DNA of 64,000 nucleotides from Phycisphaerales bacterium (lineage in GTDB: Bacteria; Planctomycetota; Phycisphaerae; Phycisphaerales; UBA1924). The position numbers and the translations under genes are program-made. The stretch covers positions 2,048,001 to 2,112,000 of the forward strand of contig OZ245777.1 in NCBI GenBank assembly GCA_965227775.1. The letters are read 5' to 3'. Numbering within the stretch: the stretch's first letter is position 1; each line of letters starts with the position of its first letter. The notes below the pieces were generated by a model that worked only from the letters and a program-made list of their open reading frames with translations, did no database searches and had not been told where the DNA came from. Positions 17,932 through 27,810 of this stretch are shown piece by piece.

Positions 17932-19248
17932 TCAGCCGTGTCCGGGCAGCGGGAACCCGCCGCAGAGCTGCCGCACCTCGTCGCGCACCGCCGACGCCTC
18001 GGCGTCGAGCTCGGCCTCGCCCTTCAGCCCCGCGCTCAGCACGCGGTCGATGAAGCCGGCGATCTGTTGCATCTCGGCCTCGCCGAAGCCGCGGGTCGTC
18101 ACGGCGGCGGCGCCAAGCCGGATGCCGCTGGTGACCTTCGGCGGGCGGGGGTCCCGCGGCACGCCGTTCTTGTTGCAGATCAGGCCGGCCTGCTCGAGCC
18201 AGACCTCGGCGTTGGCGCCAGTCAACTCGGCGTCCTTCGTGCGCAGATCGACCAGCATGAGGTGGTTGTCGGTGCCGCCGCTGGTGATGCGGTAGCCGTG
18301 CTCGACGAGCGCTGCGGCGAGCGCCTTGGCGTTGGCGACGACCTGCCGCACGTAGGCCCTGAACTCGGGCTTGAGCGCCTCGCCGAACGCGACGGCCTTG
18401 GCGGCGACGATGTGCATGAGCGGGCCGCCCTGCATGCCGGGGAAGACGGCGCGGTTGAGCTTCTTGATCATGTCCTCGTCGTTGGTCATGATCAGCCCGC
18501 CGCGCGGGCCGCGCAGCGTCTTGTGCGTGGTGGTCGTGACCAGGTGCGCGTGCGGGAACGGCGAGGGGTGCGCCCCGCCGGCGACGAGCCCGGCGATGTG
18601 CGCGATGTCGGCGAAGAGCAGCGCGCCGACCTCGTCGGCGATGGCGCGGAAGCGTTCGAAGTCGATCACGCGCGGGTAGGCCGAGTAGCCGCACATCAGG
18701 ATCTTGGGCTTGTGCTCGCGGCAGACCTCGGCGACCTTGTCGTAGTCGATCTGCTCGAACTGCGGGTGGCTCTCGTCATAGTGCAGCGGGTAGTGCACGG
18801 GGTTGAACCACTTGCCGCTCATGTTGACCTTCAGGCCATGGCTGAGATGCCCGCCGTCGGCGAGCACCAAGGACGCGAAGGTCTCGCCGGGCTTCAGCAG
18901 CGCGAGGAACGCGGCGGCGTTGGCCTGCGCGCCCGAGTGGGGCTGCACGTTGGCGTAGTTGCAGCCGAAGAGTTCCTTGGCGCGGTCGATGGCCAGCTGC
19001 TCGACGGCGTCGTGGTGCACGCAGCCGCCGTAGTAGCGGGCGCTCGGATAGCCCTCGGCGTACTTGTTGGTCATGCACGAGCCCGCGGCCGCCATGACCG
19101 CCGGCGAGGCGTGATTCTCGCTGGCGATCAGCTCGATGGTGGTGGCCTGACGCTCGGCCTCGGCGTCGATGATCGCGGCGACGTCGGGGTCCTGGCCGCG
19201 GATGAGGTCAACACCGGAGTCGTGCACGGAATGCTGGGCTGTGGTCAT
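17932..19248 (-). CDS. glyA: Serine hydroxymethyltransferase
   Basis: Motifs [47 protein letters not shown]. Confidence 0.99.
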   Translation of the reverse strand: MTTAQHSVHDSGVDLIRGQDPDVAAIIDAEAERQATTIELIASENHASPAVMAAAGSCMTNKYAEGYPSARYYGGCVHHDAVEQLAIDRAKELFGCNYANVQPHSGAQANAAAFLALLKPGETFASLVLADGGHLSHGLKVNMSGKWFNPVHYPLHYDESHPQFEQIDYDKVAEVCREHKPKILMCGYSAYPRVIDFERFRAIADEVGALLFADIAHIAGLVAGGAHPSPFPHAHLVTTTTHKTLRGPRGGLIMTNDEDMIKKLNRAVFPGMQGGPLMHIVAAKAVAFGEALKPEFRAYVRQVVANAKALAAALVEHGYRITSGGTDNHLMLVDLRTKDAELTGANAEVWLEQAGLICNKNGVPRDPRPPKVTSGIRLGAAAVTTRGFGEAEMQQIAGFIDRVLSAGLKGEAELDAEASAVRDEVRQLCGGFPLPGHG

Positions 19249-19285
19249 GCGTCCAGTATAGGTTTGGGGGCTCTACAGTGGCTCC

Positions 19286-20773
19286 ATGGGCGACCACGCC
19301 GGGACCATCCCTGAGCACCACCGTGAGACCCGGCACGAGGTCCGCAACTGGATCGGTGGCGCAGCCCGCGAGGCCTCGGCGGCGATCGACAACATCGATC
19401 CTGCGACCGGCCAGGCGATCGGCTCCGTGCCCGATTCGTCGCCGGCCGACGTCGACGCTGCCGTGCACGCCGCGACCGGAGCGTTCGACGAGTGGGCCGG
19501 TCTCTCGGGCGAAGACCGCGGTGCCATGCTGCACGCCCTGGCCGACGCAGTCGAATCCGACCTCGACCGATTCGCCCACGCCGAGTGCGTGGACAGCGGC
19601 AAGCCGATCTCGGTCGCGCGTTCGATCGACATCCCGCGCTCCGTGCGCAACCTGCGGTTCTTCGCCGCCGCAGCGAGCCAGCACGCCAGCGAGAGCCACG
19701 ACGTGCCTGCGCAGATGCTCGGGTACACGCTCCGCCAGCCCAAGGGCGTGGTGGGGGCCATCAGTCCGTGGAACCTGCCGCTGTACTTGCTCACCTGGAA
19801 GATCGCCCCCGCGCTCGCGGCGGGGTGCACGGTGGTCGCCAAGCCCAGCGAGCTGACGCCGACCACCGCGAGCATGCTGGGCGAGAAGGCCGCCGGCGTG
19901 CTGCCGCCGGGCGTGCTGAACATCGTGCATGGCCGCGGTGAGCCTGCGGGCGCCAGCCTCGTGACGCACCCGGGTGTGGCGGCCGTGACGTTCACCGGTT
20001 CGACCAAGGTTGGCCGCTGGATCGGCGAGACCTGCGGGCGAGACCTGAAGCCGTGCTCGCTCGAACTCGGCGGCAAAAACCCGTTCGTGGTGTTCGACGA
20101 TGCGAACATCGCGCAGGTGTCGCAGCACATTGCCCGCGCTGCCTTCAGCAACCAGGGCCAGATCTGCCTGTGCGGATCCCGAGTGCTCGTGCAAGCGGGC
20201 GTGTACGACGCGATCGTCGACCGGTTGGTTACGGATGCTGGGGCGCTCGCGGCGGGAGATCCGCTCGATAATGACACGCGATTTGGTTCGCTCGTGAGCC
20301 ACGACCATCGAGACAAGGTCGCCGGCTACGTAGAGCATGCCGTAGCCGATGGAGCCCGCGTGCTCGTCGGCGGTAGGGCGCCCGAGGCGCTCCCGGACCG
20401 TGTGCGAGACGGTGCGTTCTATCTTCCCACCGTCCTCGACGGCGTCCGCCAGGACTGCACGATCATCCAGGAAGAAGTCTTTGGCCCCGTGTGCACGGTG
20501 CAGAAGTTCGAGACCGAGGCCGAGGCAATCGCGCTAGCCAATGGCACGCCGTACGGTCTGGCCGCGAGCGTGTGGACGCAGGACCTGACGCGGGCCCATC
20601 GCGTAAGTGCGGCGCTCGAGAGCGGCATCGTGTGGGTGAATTGCTGGATGCTCCGCGACCTGCGTACCCCGTTCGGCGGCGTGAAGCAGAGCGGCGTGGG
20701 ACGCGAGGGCGGATGGGAAGCCATGCGCTTCTTCACCGAGCCCAAGAGCGTGACGATCAACCTCGGGGAGTGA
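19286..20773 (+). CDS. Aldehyde dehydrogenase, 2-aminomuconate/2-hydroxymuconate semialdehyde dehydrogenase type
   Basis: Motifs ISPWNLPLYLLTWK, LELGGKN, NQGQICLCGSR, WVNCWMLRDLRTPFGG. Confidence 0.9.
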   Translation: MGDHAGTIPEHHRETRHEVRNWIGGAAREASAAIDNIDPATGQAIGSVPDSSPADVDAAVHAATGAFDEWAGLSGEDRGAMLHALADAVESDLDRFAHAECVDSGKPISVARSIDIPRSVRNLRFFAAAASQHASESHDVPAQMLGYTLRQPKGVVGAISPWNLPLYLLTWKIAPALAAGCTVVAKPSELTPTTASMLGEKAAGVLPPGVLNIVHGRGEPAGASLVTHPGVAAVTFTGSTKVGRWIGETCGRDLKPCSLELGGKNPFVVFDDANIAQVSQHIARAAFSNQGQICLCGSRVLVQAGVYDAIVDRLVTDAGALAAGDPLDNDTRFGSLVSHDHRDKVAGYVEHAVADGARVLVGGRAPEALPDRVRDGAFYLPTVLDGVRQDCTIIQEEVFGPVCTVQKFETEAEAIALANGTPYGLAASVWTQDLTRAHRVSAALESGIVWVNCWMLRDLRTPFGGVKQSGVGREGGWEAMRFFTEPKSVTINLGE

Positions 20774-20776
20774 CTC

Positions 20777-21220
20777 TTGTCAGATCGAATCTCAACCGAT
20801 GCAGCGCCCAAGCCCGTCGGCGCCTACCCGCACGCACGACGCGTCGGCGACCTGCTCTTCTGCTCGGGCGTCGGCCCGCGAAAGCCGGGTGAGAACACCG
20901 TGCCGGGTGTCACCCTCGACGATGCCGGCAATCTGGTTGACTACGACTTCGAGGCGCAATGCCGAGCGTGCTTCGAGAACGTGCGGACCGTGGTCGAGGC
21001 CGGTGGGGCCCGCTTCGAGGACGTCCTCGACGTTCAGGTGTACCTGACGGACATCCCGCGCGACTTTGCGGCCTTCAACGCGCTCTGGAAGGACTTCTTT
21101 GCGGGCGAGGGAAAACCCAACCCGTGCCGCACGACCATCGAGGTCAGCCGGCTGCCCAAGGGCGGAAACGCCCCGATCGCTGTGGAACTGAAGGTCGTCG
21201 CCCAGATTCGCGGCGGCTGA
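20777..21220 (+). CDS. RidA-family protein, probable 2-aminomuconate deaminase
   Basis: APKPVGAYPHARRVGDLLFCSGVGPR, PCRTTIEV, PIAVELK; adjacent to the AMS dehydrogenase-type gene. Confidence 0.85.
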   Translation: MSDRISTDAAPKPVGAYPHARRVGDLLFCSGVGPRKPGENTVPGVTLDDAGNLVDYDFEAQCRACFENVRTVVEAGGARFEDVLDVQVYLTDIPRDFAAFNALWKDFFAGEGKPNPCRTTIEVSRLPKGGNAPIAVELKVVAQIRGG

Positions 21221-21324
21221 CGGTCGGCGAGGGCCGAAAACCTGAATAGAGCGCGCAAGGAACTGGTTTCAAGGCCGACCCAACGGTCAATCGCGTTACA
21301 ATTGCTCGAGAGGAGATCCGCCGT

Positions 21325-22134
21325 ATGCGTCGCACCCTGACCGCTGCCTGCCTGACTTCCCTTGTGGCTTCCACTGCCGTCGCCCAATCGACCGCCACCT
21401 ATCGCGTGACGTTCGATGCGACATGGTCGGAAGCAACGCACCCAGTCGATTTCCCGCGAGATCCGCACTTCTCGCCGCTCGTGGGCGCGACCCATAGCGA
21501 GCCGGGCCTCATCTGGGAGGCCGGCCAGCTGGCAAGCCCGGGCATGGAGGTCATGGCTGAGACCGGTAGCACCTCGCTCCTGCTCTTCGAGATTTCCCAG
21601 ATGGCGACGGATGGCATGATCGGGACCGACATCGTCGGCGGGCCCATCCGCCTGAGCCCGGGCAGCGCCTCCGTGACCTTTGAGACCTCCAGTGAGTACT
21701 CGCTGCTCACCCTCGTGACGATGATCGCGCCGAGCCCAGATTGGTACGTCGGCACGCAGGGTCTGGACCTTCGTGACGACGGCCGCTGGCGCGAGAGCAT
21801 CGTGTTCGAGCTGTGGCCCTATGACTCGGGCACCGACTCGGGCGTGACCTACACCTCGCCGAACCAGGACACGAACCCGGCAGAGCCGATCCGTCGCATC
21901 GCCGACGAGTTCCCCTTTACGGGCACACCCTCCCTGGGCACGTACACGATCGAACTCTTGAGCGTCGAGTGCGTCGCCGAGCTCGATGGTGACGGCGTCC
22001 TGACCATCTTCGACTTCCTCGAGTTCTCCAACCTGTTCGATGCAGGCGATCTGCGTGCCGACCTCGACGGAGACGGCTCTCTGACCATCTTCGACTTCCT
22101 CGCGTATCAGGACGCGTTCGCCGACGGCTGCTGA
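21325..22134 (+). CDS. Secreted spondin_N-domain protein with GC-type dockerin tail
   Basis: YRVTFDATWS...HFSPLVGATH...TMIAPSPDWYVG...YDSGTDSG; tail ...FDFLAYQDAFADGC; SD GAGAGGAG. Confidence 0.9.
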   Translation: MRRTLTAACLTSLVASTAVAQSTATYRVTFDATWSEATHPVDFPRDPHFSPLVGATHSEPGLIWEAGQLASPGMEVMAETGSTSLLLFEISQMATDGMIGTDIVGGPIRLSPGSASVTFETSSEYSLLTLVTMIAPSPDWYVGTQGLDLRDDGRWRESIVFELWPYDSGTDSGVTYTSPNQDTNPAEPIRRIADEFPFTGTPSLGTYTIELLSVECVAELDGDGVLTIFDFLEFSNLFDAGDLRADLDGDGSLTIFDFLAYQDAFADGC

Positions 22135-22176
22135 CGCGCTCGGGCCGGGCCGGGGGAAGCGCGTCTACCCTCGGCC

Positions 22177-23598
22177 ATGCCCGTCCCGACCTCAAGCTCG
22201 ACAAGCCAGATCACCCTTTCACTCGACACGACCCGCTGCCTGAGCGCGGCCGTGCACGATCACGGACTCGACCCTGACGTGCTCGCGGCCGACGGGCCGG
22301 CGTCACACGCCGCGACTGTGCTGACACAACGGCTCGAAGCCTCTCGCGGCACAAGGTGGGAGCGGTGGCGCTTGTTGACCGAGGGGGCCATGCGCGACGA
22401 GCACGTCGAGGCCGTCAACGCAATCGCCAAGAAATACGAGGGGCAGCTCGACAACGTCGTGGTACTCGGCATCGGCGGCAGTGCCCTGGGCAACATCGCC
22501 CTGCAGAGCGCGCTCAACCCACTCACGCATAACCTCTCGCGCGATCGAACGCACCCGCGGCTGTTCGTGCTCGACAATGCCGACCCGGTGCTGTTCCACC
22601 AGACGATCTCGTTCATCACGAGCGAAGATCCCAAGTTCGAACGCACGCTGTTCGTCGTCATCAGCAAGAGCGGTGAGACCGCCGAGACAGCGGCCCAGTT
22701 CCTCATCGTGCGCGACATGCTGCAGAAGGCGCGCGGCGATGGCCATGCAGACAGGTTGATCGCCGTCACCGATCCCGAAAAAGGCACGATGCGGCGCCTG
22801 TGCGATGCTGCGGGCTACGAGACGCTACCGGTACCCGAAGGCGTTGGGGGCCGTTTCAGCGCGCTCAGCCCGGTTGGTCTGATCTCGTGCGCCCTTTGCG
22901 GCATCGATATCGATGGCTTGCTCGATGGTGCCGCCGCGATGGAGCGGGCGTGCCGACGAGAAGACCTGCATGTGAACCCCGCCGCGATGCTCGCGACGGT
23001 GCTCGTCGAGCTGGGCCAGCGGCAGGGCAAGACGGTGCACGTCATGATGCCCTACGCCAACCAGCTCTACCTGATGGCCGACTGGTGGCGGCAGCTCTGG
23101 GCCGAGAGCCTCGGCAAGGTCGTCAAGGGCGTGCAGGGCATCACGCATGCCGGCTTCACGCCTGTAAAGGCCCTGGGCGCGACCGACCAGCACAGCCAGG
23201 TGCAGCTCTACCGCGAGGGGCCCAACGACAAGGTCGTCATCTTCCTCGAGGTCGAGAATTTCGCGCACGAGGCGCCCATTCCAGCTGGCTTGGGCGAAGA
23301 AGCGCTGGCGTACCTCGAGGGTTCGAGCCTCGCGAATCTCCTTAGCGCCGAGAAGAAGGCCACCGAGTTCGCGCTCACCGAGAGCCGTCGGCCGAATCTC
23401 ACGATCCGATTCCCCGAAGTCACGCCACATGCGATCGGCGAGTTCATGATGCTCTGGCAGATGGCAACAGCGTACGCGGGCCTCATGCTGGGCGTCGATG
23501 CGTACGACCAGCCGGCCGTGGAGCTTGGCAAGAAGGCGACATTTGCGTTGATGGGCAAGCAGGGGTTCGAGGAACTGCGGGGGAGGATGGGGAGCTAG
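22177..23598 (+). CDS. pgi: Glucose-6-phosphate isomerase
   Basis: Motifs GIGGSALG, SKSGETAET, VGGRFS, QLWAESLGK, DQHSQVQL, DQPAVELGK. Confidence 0.97.
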   Translation: MPVPTSSSTSQITLSLDTTRCLSAAVHDHGLDPDVLAADGPASHAATVLTQRLEASRGTRWERWRLLTEGAMRDEHVEAVNAIAKKYEGQLDNVVVLGIGGSALGNIALQSALNPLTHNLSRDRTHPRLFVLDNADPVLFHQTISFITSEDPKFERTLFVVISKSGETAETAAQFLIVRDMLQKARGDGHADRLIAVTDPEKGTMRRLCDAAGYETLPVPEGVGGRFSALSPVGLISCALCGIDIDGLLDGAAAMERACRREDLHVNPAAMLATVLVELGQRQGKTVHVMMPYANQLYLMADWWRQLWAESLGKVVKGVQGITHAGFTPVKALGATDQHSQVQLYREGPNDKVVIFLEVENFAHEAPIPAGLGEEALAYLEGSSLANLLSAEKKATEFALTESRRPNLTIRFPEVTPHAIGEFMMLWQMATAYAGLMLGVDAYDQPAVELGKKATFALMGKQGFEELRGRMGS

Positions 23599-23606
23599 CG
23601 TGTGGC

Positions 23607-24104
23607 ATGGCTCGCACGCATCGAGGATCCATATCCGGAGTGTTTGAGGATGACAGAGGACATCCCGCTGGCCTTATTGATTGGTCCGCGGCCGCAAGAT
23701 ATGGAGTTGTTTCCTCGTGGCGAGAGAGATTCGTCGCAATCGCATTCCTCTCTGGGATTCTCGGCTATCTTCCGTTCATTGTCGTTACGTTCACCAATCC
23801 CGCAGGTAAGCTTCATCCAACAGTGAAAGCCAGCATGGTGGTTGGGACCTTGTGCTTCATCGCGAGTGCTCCCATTCTGGTGCGGTGGCGTCATGAACTG
23901 CGCAGTGGATCACAGAAGCAGGCGCGAAAGCAAGCGCGAAGGCAGGATCGACAAGTCGTTCATGGCATGCTCGCTCAAGGTCGATGCCCGTCGTGTACCT
24001 ACACCTTGAACGGCCTCGCCTCCGAACCAGACAACTGCATCCAATGCCCCGAGTGCGGCGCCGCGTGGAAGGCCGAACGTGTGGGCAAGCGAGCACGGTC
24101 GTAG
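23607..24104 (+). CDS. Two-TM membrane protein with C-terminal Zn-ribbon (CPSC...CPECG)
   Basis: Two hydrophobic segments then CPSCTYTLNGL...CPECG; lower GC than the flanks. Confidence 0.7.
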   Translation: MARTHRGSISGVFEDDRGHPAGLIDWSAAARYGVVSSWRERFVAIAFLSGILGYLPFIVVTFTNPAGKLHPTVKASMVVGTLCFIASAPILVRWRHELRSGSQKQARKQARRQDRQVVHGMLAQGRCPSCTYTLNGLASEPDNCIQCPECGAAWKAERVGKRARS

Positions 24105-24112
24105 ACTACGCC

Positions 24113-24469
24113 ATGTCCACCCACACCCTCCACACCCTCGCCGATCTGCCAATCGACCAGCCCATGCCGCGCATCGACCGCCAGCGGATCATCGGCCAGC
24201 GGATGATGATCAGCGCCATCACGCTGCACGCTGGCTTCGAGGTCGCCAGCCACAGCCACGAGAATGAGCAGATGGTGGTCATGCTCGAGGGAAGCGCCGA
24301 ATTCACGATCGGTGAGGGGAAATCCGCCGAGGCGGTTGTAGTCGAGGCCGGGCAGGTGCTGGTGTTGCCGCCGCACCTGCCGCACGGCTGCAAGGTGGCC
24401 GAGGGCTGCCGGTTGCTGGACTTGTTCAGCCCGGTGAGCGAGAAGACGGGCGTGGACGCCCACGACTAG
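24113..24469 (+). CDS. Cupin-domain protein
   Basis: Motifs HSHENEQ, LPPHLPHG, LDLFSP. Confidence 0.88.
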   Translation: MSTHTLHTLADLPIDQPMPRIDRQRIIGQRMMISAITLHAGFEVASHSHENEQMVVMLEGSAEFTIGEGKSAEAVVVEAGQVLVLPPHLPHGCKVAEGCRLLDLFSPVSEKTGVDAHD

Positions 24470-24527
24470 TCCGCTGCGGAATCGCGGTGGCACGGGTAGG
24501 GGCGCTCGCGCATCCCTATCCTGAGAT

Positions 24528-27380
24528 ATGACCACGCTCGCTCATCGCGTCATCCGCCCGTGCGCCGTTTTGCTTTCGTTCGCGGCGGCCGCTTCCGTTT
24601 CGGCCCAACAGATCGACCGCGACCAGTTGCTGCCCGAAGACCCTCGTCTCGTCCGCGGCACGCTCGAGAATGGGCTTGAGTACTTCATCGTGCCCAACGC
24701 CGAGCCGCCCGAGCGCGTCGAGCTCTGGCTGCACGTGCACTCGGGCTCGCTGAACGAAGAGGACGACCAGCGCGGCCTAGCCCACTTCCTTGAGCACCTG
24801 GCCTTTGCGGGCAGCACCAACTTCCCGCCCGGCACGGTGCGCCCCTTCTTCGAGAATCTGGGCCTTTCCTTCGGTCGCCACCAGAACGCCGTGACGGGCT
24901 TCGACCGCACGGGCTACACGATCAGCCTGCCAAACGCCGAGCCCGAGTCGATCGATGCCGGCTTGCTGTTCCTCAGCGACGTGGCGAACAACCTGCTGCT
25001 GCCCGAGAGCGGCATCGAGCAGGAGCGCAAGATCATCCTCGAAGAACGCCGCGCGAGCCTCTCGCCGCAGCAGCGCGTGCTCTACGACCTCATCGAGCGC
25101 ATCGCGCCCGAGAGCGGGTTCGGCCAGCGCATCCCGATCGGCACCGAAGAGGTGCTGACGACCGCCGGCCTCGAGCCCATCAAGCGGTACTACGACACCT
25201 GGTACGTGCCCAGCAACATGACGCTTCTCCTCGTCGGGGACATCATGCCGCAAGACGTAACCGGGAGGATCGAGGCCTTGTTTGGGCAGGGCGAGTTCGT
25301 TCCTCGCCCCGAACCACGCGATGCCGGAATCGTGGCCACGCGGGGTCGCAGCGCGATCATCGCCAGCGACCCCGAGGAAACCCGCGAAGAGGTCGCGATC
25401 AACTTTATCGACGTTCCTGGCGGCCCCACGACCACGCTTGGTCAGTACCGCGATGATCTCGTGCGATCGCTCGCAACCGCCATGATGAACGACCGCCTGG
25501 GCGAGGGCGTGCAGGACGGCGAACTCAGCATGCTCGGCGGCAGCGTCAGCACGGGCGACTTTGCCGGCGCCATCCAGTGGACGCAGGCAACCGGTCGCAG
25601 CGAGAACGGCCGGTGGAAGGAAGTCCTCCGAGAGATGGGCCGTGAGGTCCGCCGTGCGACCATCCATGGGTTTACCGAGCCCGAGCTGGAGGACGCCAAG
25701 CGTCGGCTGCTGTCCAGCGCCGAGCGAGCCGTTGAAGGCGAGGCAACGAGGCCCAGCCGCATCCTGCGAGGCGCCGTCGTCGACTCGATCGCGAGCGGCG
25801 AGCCCTTCATGAGCGTCGCACAGCAGCTGGAGTTGCTGCGCGAGCTGCTGCCCGGCGTCACGCTCCAGGAGACCAACGCCGAATTCCGCGAGGTCTTCGC
25901 GTTCGAGGACGCGGTGTTCACGCTCCAGACGCGCGAGGACGAGAACACGCCCACCGAGTCCGAGCTGCTGGCCGCCGGCGAAGCGGCACTGAGCGCCGAG
26001 CCCGACGCCTATCGGGCACAGGCTCGCGCCGAGAGGCTTTTGGATCAGACGCCCACCCCCGGCGGAATCGCCGAGAAGGCGGTTCACCAGGACTCCGGCG
26101 TCACGAGCCTGTGGCTCGACAACGGCGTACGCGTGCACATCAAGCGAATGACCGAGCGCCAGGGCGAGGTGCTTGGCTCCATCCACGTCTTCGGCGGGCT
26201 CGTGCACGAGACCGAGGACACGCGGGGCCTGACCGATGCCGCGACCACCGCGCTCGCGCGCGCTGCGGGTGGCGGGCTCAGTTCGACACAGATCGATGAC
26301 CTGACGACCGGTTGGAAGGCTCGTGTCCGTGGCGGTTCGGATGCGGACAGCATCTTCGTGAACTTCAGCACGACCCCCGGCGAGATCGAGAACGCCCTTA
26401 CGCTCGCGCACCTGCTGCTGACCGACCCGATGGTTGAGGATGCGGCCATCGAGCAGTGGCGCCGCGGTCAGCTGCGCACGCTCCAGATGCTCGACACCAT
26501 GCCACAGGGCGCGGCGCTCAAGGCCGTCATCGAGGCGATGTACCCGGCGGACGACTCGCGCCCCAGCTTGACGCCCAGACACCGCATCGAGGCAATCGAT
26601 ACGCAGACCTCGCAGGCGTGGCTCGACGAACAGCTGACGGGGCCGATGGAGGTTGCGATCGTCGGCGACCTTGACGTCGACGCGACCATCGAACTCGTCC
26701 GAACGTACCTCGGCTCGCTGGAGTCGCGGCCGCGCGTATCGGATCGCACCAACTGGGAGGTGCGGCAGATGGAACGGCCCCAGGGCCCCATCGAGCTGGT
26801 CAAGCGCCCGGCGGTCTCGACCCCGCAGGCCTATGTCGTCGCCGGCTACTACGGGGCCGATCAGTGGGACACGCGCGACGTGCGGGCTCTGCGGTTGGCC
26901 GCCCGCGTGCTCAACAGCCGGATGATCGATCGCATCCGCGAAGAGCTCGGCTATGCGTATAGCCCCAGCGTCTCGCACCGGACTGCTCGGACCTGGCCGG
27001 GCTTTGGCCTGCTCAGTGTCCAGACTACCACGGACCCCGCGACCGCCGACCAGCTCGCCAACGAGGTCCGCTCGATGTTCGAGGCGTTCGCAACCGACGG
27101 TCCGACCGACGAGGAGTTGGCGATCGCGGTCGAGCAACTCCGCAACGTCCACGACGAGACGGTGCGCAACCCGGCCGCCTGGCTCCGTGAGCTGCGGACG
27201 CTCGACTATCTCGGCGGCTCGCTCGACGAGATGGCGAAGGAGCGCGACGCCCTGGGTAGCTTTACGCCCACCGAGCTGCGTGACGTGTTCGCAAAGTACG
27301 CCGTGGAGGACGGCCGCATGCGGATCATCGTGCGGCCAGCCGAGGCTCCAGATTCATCCGATGGTGATGGCGGCGGCTGA
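24528..27380 (+). CDS. M16 (insulinase/PqqL-like) zinc peptidase, secreted
   Basis: GLAHFLEHLAF (HxxEH), GTLENGLEY, second half LDNGVRV; signal peptide. Confidence 0.93.
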   Translation: MTTLAHRVIRPCAVLLSFAAAASVSAQQIDRDQLLPEDPRLVRGTLENGLEYFIVPNAEPPERVELWLHVHSGSLNEEDDQRGLAHFLEHLAFAGSTNFPPGTVRPFFENLGLSFGRHQNAVTGFDRTGYTISLPNAEPESIDAGLLFLSDVANNLLLPESGIEQERKIILEERRASLSPQQRVLYDLIERIAPESGFGQRIPIGTEEVLTTAGLEPIKRYYDTWYVPSNMTLLLVGDIMPQDVTGRIEALFGQGEFVPRPEPRDAGIVATRGRSAIIASDPEETREEVAINFIDVPGGPTTTLGQYRDDLVRSLATAMMNDRLGEGVQDGELSMLGGSVSTGDFAGAIQWTQATGRSENGRWKEVLREMGREVRRATIHGFTEPELEDAKRRLLSSAERAVEGEATRPSRILRGAVVDSIASGEPFMSVAQQLELLRELLPGVTLQETNAEFREVFAFEDAVFTLQTREDENTPTESELLAAGEAALSAEPDAYRAQARAERLLDQTPTPGGIAEKAVHQDSGVTSLWLDNGVRVHIKRMTERQGEVLGSIHVFGGLVHETEDTRGLTDAATTALARAAGGGLSSTQIDDLTTGWKARVRGGSDADSIFVNFSTTPGEIENALTLAHLLLTDPMVEDAAIEQWRRGQLRTLQMLDTMPQGAALKAVIEAMYPADDSRPSLTPRHRIEAIDTQTSQAWLDEQLTGPMEVAIVGDLDVDATIELVRTYLGSLESRPRVSDRTNWEVRQMERPQGPIELVKRPAVSTPQAYVVAGYYGADQWDTRDVRALRLAARVLNSRMIDRIREELGYAYSPSVSHRTARTWPGFGLLSVQTTTDPATADQLANEVRSMFEAFATDGPTDEELAIAVEQLRNVHDETVRNPAAWLRELRTLDYLGGSLDEMAKERDALGSFTPTELRDVFAKYAVEDGRMRIIVRPAEAPDSSDGDGGG

Positions 27381-27586
27381 CAGAGGGCGCTCTCGGGTGT
27401 ACCTCAAACGCAAGCGGGCCCGCTTCACGCGGGCCCGCCGGCAGACGGTCACCCTCGGGCGTCGACGCCCGAGCAAGAGAGGGAGAACTGGTCACTCGTC
27501 TGGCGATCGTACGAGCGAGCCAAGCGATCCATCAACCGATTTCTAGAAATCTCGTTGCCGTCCAGGGCCAGCCTCAACCGCAGCCG

Positions 27587-27667
27587 AGAGGGAGAAGGGA
27601 CTGCCGCCGCCCACCGGTCCGCTCGTGGAGAGACGCGACCGGTGGGCGAGCGAACAGTTCTCCCTCT
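27587..27667. repeat. 81-bp imperfect hairpin with a degenerate second copy from 27478
   Basis: AGAGGGAGAA...CGCCCACCGGTC...GACCGGTGGGCG...TTCTCCCTCT; AGAGGGAGAACTG at 27478-27490 is the exact reverse complement of 27655-27667. Confidence 0.75.
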
Positions 27668-27810
27668 ATTGAGAACATAGCCCCGAATAGCGCAAGAAGT
27701 GCGCATAAGTACGTACGAAGATTGTGTTCAAAATAAGTAGAAGCCCGCGCCGTCGCCCATCCGTTGCGTCGCGGACCGGCGGCCCCACGCTCCCGAGATC
27801 CTCGTCGCGA

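Noticed and set aside
27587..27667. Hairpin as an integron attC site or SRP/6S RNA
   Set aside because: No RYYYAAC/GTTRRRY ends, no SRP loop motif recognised, and no integrase seen
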